Positions 49,161-64,000 of a stretch of DNA of 64,000 nt are shown in pieces. This stretch comes from Tubiluchus corallicola (Eukaryota; Animalia; Priapulida): positions 1-64,000 of the forward strand of contig JAQGDQ010000112.1 in assembly GCA_030141605.1 (NCBI GenBank), in the 5' to 3' direction. A program made the position numbers and the translations under genes. Positions within the stretch are counted from its first letter, which is position 1; each line of letters begins with the position of its first letter. Under the pieces are notes generated by a model, which did not search any database, was not told the DNA's origin, and worked only from the letters and a program-made list of their open reading frames with translations.

Positions 49161-50699
49161 GTAAATCCCGTTTGTACAATAAGGGCTTCCATAACATTTT
49201 TGTAAAGGTGTTTCATAATACCTATTTATCCTTGAGTTTCCTGGAAGGCCAACACTCTTCCTCGTTTAACCTGATAAATGATCAGATATCAAGGTAAAGG
49301 GCAGGTTTGTGACTCTCTCGCGTCACCATACTTGTCTACATCGTTAAATGTACAATAACAGTCCCTTCTGAGAGATGGGTGATTCAATACAGACCTACAA
49401 ATTTACCACCACCCAATAAAATCTTAGCTGCAACAGGATTTTGCTTTTGGGTGTTCATTCGGATTTTTTGGAGACGATAATGCATTTTGCAGAAATTTGC
49501 TGAATGGGTTACTGACTGGCCAAATGTTACTGATTTGATTTTTTTGTTTAATTCTTTATTTCAAACATAAGTTCATATTATAATTAGCATATATACAACA
49601 TACAACATCATAAAAACAAAAAAACTAATACAAACAAATCTCACACACAAACTTAGATAAACATGAAAATTACAATAACAGTCTCCACCATTGATGTCTT
49701 ATGTGCGATGTAAATTTAGCATCGCTTACTAAAATTTTCTGGCACATTAAATTATCACTAGAATTAAATTTTTTTCGTAAACTTAAGACAGATTTTCTAC
49801 GTAATACATCAAAATACATCACGCGAATTTCAACACTCATCTCACGAGCACTATATATATGTATGTATATAGATAGATGGATGGATGGATGTATGGATGG
49901 ATGGATGTATGTATGTATATAGATAGATGGATGGATGGATGTAAATCCCGTTTGTACAATAAGGGCTTCCATAACATTTTTGTAAAGGTGTTTCATAATA
50001 CCTATTTATCCTTGAGTTTCCTGGAAGGCCAACACTCTTCCTCGTTTAACCTGATAAATGATCAGATATCAAGGTAAAGGGCAGGTTTGTGACTCTCTCG
50101 CGTCACCATACTTGTCTACATCGTTAAATGTACAATAACAGTCCCTTCTGAGAGATGGGTGATTCAATACAGACCTACAAATGTGCGTTAGCCTTTTACC
50201 ACCCAATAAAATCTTAGCTGCAACAGGATTTTGCTTTTGGGTGTTCATTCGGATTTTTTGGAGACGATAATGCATTTTGCAGAAATTTGCTGAATGGGTT
50301 ACTGACTGGCCAAATGTTACTGATTTGATTTTTTTGTTTAATTCTTTATTTCAAACATAAGTTCATATTATAATTAGCATATATACAACATACAACATCA
50401 TAAAAACAAAAAAACTAATACAAACAAATCTCACACACAAACTTAGATAAACATGAAAATTACAATAACAGTCTCCACCATTGATGTCTTATGTGCGATG
50501 TAAATTTAGCATCGCTTACTAAAATTTTCTGGCACATTAAATTATCACTAGAATTAAATTTTTTTCGTAAACTTAAGACAGATTTTCTACGTAATACATC
50601 AAAATACATCACGCGAATTTCAACACTCATCTCACGAGCACTATATATATGTATGTATATAGATAGATGGATGGATGGATGTATGGATGGATGGATGTA

Positions 50700-50720
<21 letters not shown>
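49161..50720. repeat. Near-identical tandem duplication (780/790 bp), each unit carrying a probable minus-strand LINE 3' end
   Basis: Units start gtaaatcccgtttgtacaataaggg at 49161 and 49941 and differ visibly only by a ~10-bp indel near 49401/50181. Confidence 0.93.
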
Positions 50721-51078
<358 letters not shown>

Positions 51079-52522
51079 ATATTTAAATGTTTATGTATTA
51101 TGGTTCTCTAAAAGTATGTGGTGTTTCAAGTGAGAACATTCTCAGAAAATTGTTAGATAAAATTAGATGATTTTATTTTTGTAAGGAAAAGAGAAATACA
51201 TTGTATGTGCCATGCGATAAACTACTGTTCAAATTTCTGGCAAGTTTCACTGTTTAAAAAATATTTTTTAAAGTTGCTCTCACTAAGCAAATCTTCCCAT
51301 TTAGGCTGAAGAAATTATAAGTTTATTGATGAAAACAAGCGACAGACAATACAAAGCAATGCAATGCAATACAATACAATGCAATGCAATGCAATGCAAT
51401 GCAATGCAATGCAATGCGATACGATACGATACGATACGATACGATACGATACGATACGATACGATACGATACAATACAATACAATACGTTAAAATACAAT
51501 ATTATACAATGCCATGCAATGCAATATAATATAACACAAATACAAAGACAGTAAACCTAAATGCATCATAATACATGGAATACTGATTTCCAAGGGAAGA
51601 CTCACGAATAACAATGACCAGCGAGGTACGAACAGTCAACCCCAATAAGTAAATATAGTGCTGTTACAGCGCTACTGAAAAAAGCTACAATTTGTCGCTA
51701 GTACACAAAGTAGTGTCGCTACGTATTGTCCCTACTGTAGACATTACTACCTAACACTGCATGTATGTTGCTCAAATGCCCATCATCAACTGTCATTATG
51801 CTATTTTTTGTTAACCACAGTGTTTTAAACCTGAAAATTGACTTGCGTACAGCCAAGCATTACTGCAAATTTTTGCATGCTTTGTTGATTAACCGACACG
51901 CTAAATTGTAGGATGGACAGTTTTAGTAATTGAATTAGTGTATTACAATAATTATGCAACCTTTTCGAAATTGAGATGACATTTAGCATAGAATTACGCT
52001 TAATGCGAGGCGGGAACGTTAAAGTACAAAAAACTCTCTTCATAAATTCGAAATTTTATATTGCTAACATGCTGTCTTATTGCACAGAGAGCTTGCGCCA
52101 GCAGTAACGCTGTACAGAACTGGTACATTTAAGTTGCTCCGATGACTATTAGGCGCACCCATTTTAACAATAAGTCGTTTGAATCAAGCTTAGATAACAT
52201 TGCGTAACGTTTAAAAAAATAATCAGAGCATCCGTAGCGCACACTTCGCTAGCTAAGCAAAAGTTTAAATTAGTTTATATTGTCAGTAAGATCAATAACG
52301 TGTATTTTGGTGAATCAGTGGTGCACACTGGGATGGCAGTGCAGTGACGTGTTACTTGGTGGCGGAAACGTATTCAATTATTAAGAAGTTTCTTTTCCAA
52401 TTACGTAAATCTTTCAAATAGTTAAGGGTAATTAATTCTAAGTGACGATAAAATTCGTTGGGATATACTTTAATATTTCCTTTTCTTAAGGAAAATCGCT
52501 TCCTCTTTTAAAGAGTTAAGCG

Positions 52523-52665
<143 letters not shown>

Positions 52666-53054
52666 TATTATAATTCTTTATTTTTAAAAACTATGTACAA
52701 AATACATTCCCTCTATTTGTAGGTGCTAACTAGTGTATTTCCTTCTATTCCGTCTATTCGTTAAGCGCTAACTAGTGTAAAGTGCAGCTAGTTCGAATCC
52801 AACTCTTTGTCTGAAATGAAATGTTTAATATGTTCCTAGTAATTTTTGGCCCGCGTCGAAATGAGTCAAGTACTTGAGCCCACTCAGTCTTAAAGGAAGA
52901 CAGGATGATTTTTCATATACTGCCCCATTTTCAAGTACGATAAAAAGTATATATTTAACACTAATAGCACTGCAAAGGCGTTTCTGATAATTAGATAATA
53001 GGTTATATCTTGATTAAAGGCAGTCGATCCCAACTATTCATCTCATCACAAACT

Positions 53055-53339
53055 CAGGGCCTATTTCAGCCTCAGCGAGCCCCGGGGAAGTTGAGCATGT
53101 GAGGCCTCCTCGGGGGGAGGGGGGCGAAGCGCCGGGGGGGGGGCGGTCATCACCATGGTTGGCGCCCAGAAAATTTTTGAACTGCTAGAACGCCGAAGAA
53201 GCATTTTCGAAGAGAAAATATGGAGTTATACAGTATGTTTGCATAAAGCAAAAAAAATAATGTTGCCTCGGCGCGAGGCCACCCTGGAGGGTGAGGCCCC
53301 GGAGAAGTATCCCAACTTCCCCCCCTGAAATAAGCCCTG
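53055..53339. mobile_element. hAT MITE
   Basis: TIRs cagggcctatttcag / ctgaaataagccctg and a perfect 8-bp TSD cacaaact/cacaaact. Confidence 0.9.
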
Positions 53340-56300
53340 CACAAACTAACATAATTTTCAACAGCAAAAACACTCCGTGAGCGTGATGCACGTGTTTGCG
53401 AAAGAGAAAATTGAAGTACAGTACTACTGTAAGATATTCAGTCTGTTGTAATAAAACTCGGCAAGTTATAACTTCGTTATAAATTAACACATTTGGACTG
53501 AAAGGTACAGCAGCTGTTTTTTTGCGCAACATTTTCCGAAATGCAGGCGCTAGTGCCCGTCTAACTAGCGAGTGGCGAAATGCATGTAACAGCCAAGAAC
53601 TAGTGGCGCGAATGTGAAATTGTGTTTGTATTCATGTAATTCTTTTACGTAAGTGACTCTAAAAATAGTATGTTTCCTTTCAATATTTTTGAGAATAGGT
53701 TATTTAGGCCTACAATTTAACATTGGGTTCGGTTTTGCTTTAAGTTATTTTAGAAGGCAACTGACACATTGTTTTCATACTTTTGAGTAGAAAACCTGAA
53801 TGTTCAATTGTTTAAACTGCAAGCCGGAAGCTAGAAATCAACAGCAGGTCCTACTCAAATTGCATGGTTGTGGCGATACCGGAACCTAGCTTATTATCAA
53901 GGCTAAACCTCTAAGACGAGTCACTGAACCAACAGAGGAATCTTGGTTACTTGGAATGATATGCATCCTGCCTTTGCGAGGTGAACAGCAGGAATGGGCA
54001 TGGCGAATGAAAACGCCCAGAGCGAGTGCTGAAATGCATCACCCACCCATTAACTGACCGACCCTCTGTGCCGTTCTTAACTTCGGTCGCCAAGACGACC
54101 GCTGGACTTTGAACATATACACGCGGTAAATAGTTTTTCCCAATGCAGCAAAACTTTTGCTTTTGCTTGTTTTAGGCAACCCCTCGATGAATTACATAGG
54201 TCATTATCCTTGCTTTTATGTTGTCAGTGTCGTTGCCGTCACCGTTTCAACACGAGCAACAGCAGCGACCGCTGCCTGAACAATAAAAGCAATGGTAACA
54301 ACAGCAACGGCGATTGAATGACTATTGCAAAAACAACGACCGCAACAATGACAATGGGAGATTAAACTGACGATGACGACAACGCCTATGTCAGTAACGG
54401 CTACGATAACTGCAATATAAAAAACGTGAAGGAAGATGAACTGGAGAAATGCTTAGAAATGCTATTACAGTAAGAAAAACAAAACTGTTTTGAGAATTAA
54501 AAAACTGTTGTTAAAAGTTCCAGGATATATGACCAGGTTCTGATGGCTTACTATTGCAATTGAAATTGCAGTATACGTAAAGGGAAAGAAAAGGGAAATT
54601 TAATGTGTATCGTAAAGAAATTTCCATGTTACTCGGCCGTGCAGTTGTCTGTTTGAAAGACTTATGTAATTGGAAAAGAAAATTATTACTAATTTAAATG
54701 TTTGCGCCACCCGGTAAAACGGCACTGCATGGCCGTCCCAGTGTGCGCTACTGATTCGTCAAAAGCACCTTAGTTTTATGAACAAGATAAAGTAGTTTCA
54801 GAAATTTTGCTTAGTTAGTGAAGAGTTTACTATGAATAAGTTGATGAATATTTTTTCAAACTTCTTTCAAAGGACTTATCGTTGAAATGTTTGAATTAAT
54901 AATAATAATAATAAGTTTATTTGGAAGTGTAAATACAAATACAATATCAAGAAACACTGGGAAAAAATAGATATTAATAATAATGATTATATGATAGCGT
55001 ACATAGAATAAATGGCAAGAACCAGAAGTGAAACTTGTTAAGTGCTTGCACCATTATAAACACGTCCAAATACTGAGAAAAAAGAACAAAAAAAAACCCG
55101 AAGGTTTTTAGGCAATTTTAAAAAAAGAGTTGTGCAAAGTAAGGATAGAATTGATGGATAAAAGAATGTTCAAAAGGGTAGGAAGAGTGGCTTGTGGAGA
55201 TTCGGCTCATGAGATGACGAAGCACTCTGGATTCTACTCAAAAAGAACACAAAGTTGTGACTGTTGTGTCACACAGGAGGTGGTTATCAAGACTAGTTTA
55301 TATAAGAAGCAAACAGATATAGTTTAACTCACGTTTTAAAGCGGTAAATGTAACACTGGTACTTATTACTTATTACAGGTTTCATACAGGCGTATTCCTA
55401 ACACAAGCCCTGCATGCAAGTGATAAAAATTTAAGGCGACTTTTTTAGCAAGCTTTATTTATGAAGAATGTTTCTTGTGCTTTAAATTAACAAGATTAGA
55501 TGTGCTGCAAAATTGCTTCAATGCGGAATTTAACTTTGCAATATCGAAAAAATGTAGAATATCTACTTTCTTACTACTTGAGAGTTTTTAGCATAATTTA
55601 CACATACCAATATTAACTTTTTTATCATATTTATAACTTATTATAAGTTTTAATACCATATCTGTAAAAATACATTTGCAAAAAAAATACACCAAGTCTA
55701 TGTTCATTTGTAAAGCTTCTTGAAGCATAAATGGGCTGATACTAGCAAAAATGGGCCACAGACAATATTTTGTTATATGACTCATAACCAACTAAAAAGT
55801 AAGTTTAAAAGTTACCTGTTACTGCCGCTTTTGATTTTCGCTTCTTAATTACTCGTTAGCTCCTTGATTCCAGGGCAACAAAAGGCTGTCTTGTTCATTT
55901 CACTTATCAGTTCTTCGAAGAAACAGTATACCGTAAACTTCTATGTTTAAACAACGGCATTTTAGGCAAACTTGATTTTTACAAAATAAATTGGTATGTA
56001 AAAGAAAATTGCGCAGGTACCTATTGTTTGTCTACGTGAGTCAGCAGTGCTGTGATTGTTGTGTCACGAAGCCAGCAACTCTTGAAACTCGCTATGTAAG
56101 GCTTCAGTAGTTCTCGCGCATGTAATTCTTGTACATACACAGCCTACGAAGTAGAAATATCACAGTTTCCATTAATGGTCGGTAGGAAATTCAAGTTTTC
56201 TCTGCGTCGAGTAGAAGTTGTGAGCTGCGCATGCGCAGTGACAGCAAGTGAAAATGTTTTTTGTGGTTCCGGAAGGGGCAGATTATCGTGGGACAGTATT

Positions 56301-57089
56301 TCATTATACTAGAATTGTGCGTAAGTTAGAAAAGAGGAAGAAGCATGCGAAATTTCGTTGTTATATGATTGCATGTTAATGAAAAAGAAAAGGAAAAGAA
56401 GAAAATATAAGAAAATAGGAAAAGCCGTAATTTAGTTGGTTTCTAGAACAAATAGGAAATGATTAAATTTTTAGACATTCTACGAGAAATTGTGTTCAAA
56501 TATTACACCAAGATTCAATTAGGCCCCATAGTCGATTTTGCTCAATGGTTCACGTTTTTTACCTTTCTTAATCCACTAAATTTAATTTTGCATCACTTTT
56601 GTAAATTAATATATAATTTTTTTATCCAGTTTATGTCAGCACTCCCATAACTATATTGGTGCCTGATAATAATTGATTGTTCCACGATTTATCAAGTGTC
56701 AACGAGCCTTTTCGCAGTTTCGTTGTGCGCATGCTCAGTTGTTGTAGGTCAAAGGTAAAGTAAAGATTAACTACAACCGTCACGTGACATGTGGGTAAAG
56801 CAAAACCGTCAGCCGCACCAGTTCAATAACTTCAGTTGTTTTACGTAGATTTTACTTGGTTATGCATTTACTAGCAGGATCTTGCTTAGGAACAAGAAAA
56901 AATGAACTAGATAAAGCTTTAGCTATCTGTTAAAACTGTTACTATTACGAAGGTGTTGCCAAGTGTAAACAAATGCGTTGTCTGGTACACTTAACCTTTG
57001 ACCTTTCACGATCATAATCGATCGCTGGAACTGTGAAAAGGCTTATTGTAAATGCTTCTGAATCCAGTACTTTTCAGGCCCTACCTAGT

Positions 57090-57960
57090 AAATGCACTTA
57101 AGATCCAAACTCGTCCAAATGATGATCATGATTACGATACCACTGTCTGTGATAACCTTTCCTCAACATAGTCTGGATCACTCCTATCCTGCTTTGGAAG
57201 CTTATGAACCATTCCTTATGGATCAACAATACGCAGATGATATAGGATGGATTAGTGTATCAAATTTTCAAACTAACACAATAAAAAGGGATTTTCCAAA
57301 AAAAAAACTAGAGAAAAGAAATCTTCAAGTAAACCAGTCAAAAACAGAGGAACTGTTGCAAGAGATGGTAATCAGTCTTGGAAAAAGTGCAAATACGTGG
57401 GCACTTTTCTAAACACCCAGGATGATATTAAAAGAAGAAAGCAACAAGCAATGCATGCTTTTCTTCAGCACAAGAATGTATTAACTAGCAAGAAATTAAG
57501 GTTAACATAAGACTTCGATTATTTAATGTTTACTTTACCAGCATATTTATGTACAACAGCGAAACTTGGTGTTTAACCATAACTCAAAGAAAGTAGATTG
57601 AAGCAAGGAAAGCAGATTTAAAGATAAGATGGCCATACATGAAGATTTTAACACCAGAGTGAAAGAAATTTCATGGAGTTCAAACGACTACAAAGTATCC
57701 GAAGATTAAGATAGCTAGGACATCTTCTAAGATTACCAAATAAAGCATCAGTAATAATCGCCTTAAAGGAAGCCTTTAAACCTTGCAAAAAACCACCTGC
57801 CAAGCCTAAAACAACTTGGATAGCTAAGATAAATAAAGATGTTCAAGAACTTCAACCAAATCTATCTTTAGGAGAACAACTTACGCTATTAACTGCAGAT
57901 AGACGTGGGTAGAATACTCTAATAAATATTGATACCTCAATGCCTGCAATAGGTGGAGAA
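57090..57960 (+). mobile_element. Degenerate RTE-clade LINE RT/C-terminal fragment
   Basis: QQYADDIG, NLQVNQSKTE, CKYVGTFL, IRLRLFNVYFTSIFMYNSETWCLT, KIRWP, LGHLLRLP and KPKTTWI. Confidence 0.85.
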
Positions 57961-58151
57961 AGTGAGAGTTTGAAGAAAATGTTTCTTTAGAATCTTTGGA
58001 AAACAAAGACGAGTTCATCTTTTGGCCTGAGAACAATGGCAACTATTGGAATGTTGTTCTTTTCATTAGAATTTCACGTTTTCGTGAGAATATTCAACCA
58101 CCACACGAATCCTTTTCGTCATTTTTAGTGTTTATAATATCAGATATCAGA

Positions 58152-62747
<4,596 letters not shown>

Positions 62748-62800
62748 GTAAGCACTGTAGAAGAAATGAGTGAGAGAGAGAGAAAGAGAGGGAGAGGAAT

Positions 62801-62893
<93 letters not shown>

Positions 62894-63059
62894 AACTGTA
62901 ACTATTTAGCATACAACGTAAACAGCAAAAAAAAATTTGTAACTTTTTTAAGATGAGTAGCAAGAATATACCCGTGAAAACTAATTAACGATAATACTTA
63001 ATTAACAAATAATTACCTTTGTAGCTACTAAAATTGCTAAAGATAATTAATGCTGTTAC

Positions 63060-63750
63060 TTTCTTAACAATAGTTTGGAAATTAGGCAGAAAACGTGGCA
63101 TAAATGGTTAAAGATAAAGAATTTGTGATTTAAGTGCAAAATTAAAGTTGAAACAGTCATAAGTTTGTTTAAAGCGGTCGTTCTGCCTACGTTACTGTAT
63201 GCCACCACAGCGTGGATATAGAGACAAATAACCACATTTGATGATCTTATGTATGACGTCCTCAAAGCTGCAGTGGGAGTGAGGTATAATCGACCCGAAA
63301 AAGAACTTGAATTATTATGTGGCAAACACGTAGTCCAAGTAAAATATTTTTAGAAAATTGTGAAAGGAGTTGAAATTTCAAACAACGAACGTTTAGCAAC
63401 AGTTTGTCAATTTGAAAATAGAATGTTATACAGCAAACCAGAGGCACAGAAATTTGTGGTGAATCGATGGCAACGAAAGTTACAACACAATATGTTATTA
63501 GCTGGCGAATTACCAGAAGTTATTCAAATTTTTACCAATGCATTAAGACTTCCCCGTGGTAAATATGACGGACAATAGAAGCCAGTGTCTTTTCCTTGTT
63601 GTTAGGTAGAGGATGTAGATCTTTCAATTACATGTTAAGATTAGTAGAAGATGATAAATGTCTGTGTTCTAACGTTCAAACACCGTAACATCTGATTCTT
63701 GATTGTCCTTTAATACATTACGAACTTAGAACATCATTACAAACTAAGAT
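63060..63750 (+). mobile_element. Degenerate LINE ORF2 C-terminal fragment
   Basis: VETVISLFKAVVLPTLLYATTAW...LKAAVGVRYN...LELLCG and RWQRK resemble post-RT LINE sequence. Confidence 0.55.
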
Positions 63751-64000
63751 CAGTGGCAGAAGTTTAAAAAACATATACAGAAAATGTGATGAAAACGTAT
63801 TGAAAATTTATATGAAAATAGTAAAAGAATTAATCAGAATGAATTTGATAAGTAATTAAAATCGGTTATTGGTGTCAAATGCTTTGTAAACATATTGATC
63901 TGTATAAATTCCTCGTATAGCTACTGTTCATAACAATAATGATGTAGTTCGGCAAATTGTATACAGTTGTAGCGAACAAAAAACATTGTGGGGAAAAATT

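Overview
AT-rich, repeat-dense eukaryotic DNA from an invertebrate animal; the taxon cannot be determined from the sequence. Recognisable host genes are a 4-exon DPY30 (+, 2778-6766), a coding-intronless MAP3K7/TAK1 (-, 12779-14683), a two-exon partial Ly6/uPAR three-finger (quiver-like) gene (-, 22724-25839) and the first five exons of DCST2 (+, 58152-62747, continuing past the window). There is also a probable terminal exon of an unidentified gene (-, 145-453). The rest is LINE fragments, a solo-LTR family, hAT, Tc1/mariner and PIF MITEs, long foldback elements, minisatellites and compound microsatellites. The most notable observations are: a 5S rRNA-headed SINE family (two copies) whose body resembles bipartite RTE-derived sequence; the intronless TAK1; a LINE whose RT half is inverted between (GA)n tracts and whose ORFs overlap as TAATG; and a tandem array that multiplies a DCST2 splice acceptor. 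No CRISPR array or prokaryotic system is present. Repeat boundaries were read by eye and are approximate, and family names rest on recalled motifs, not database searches.
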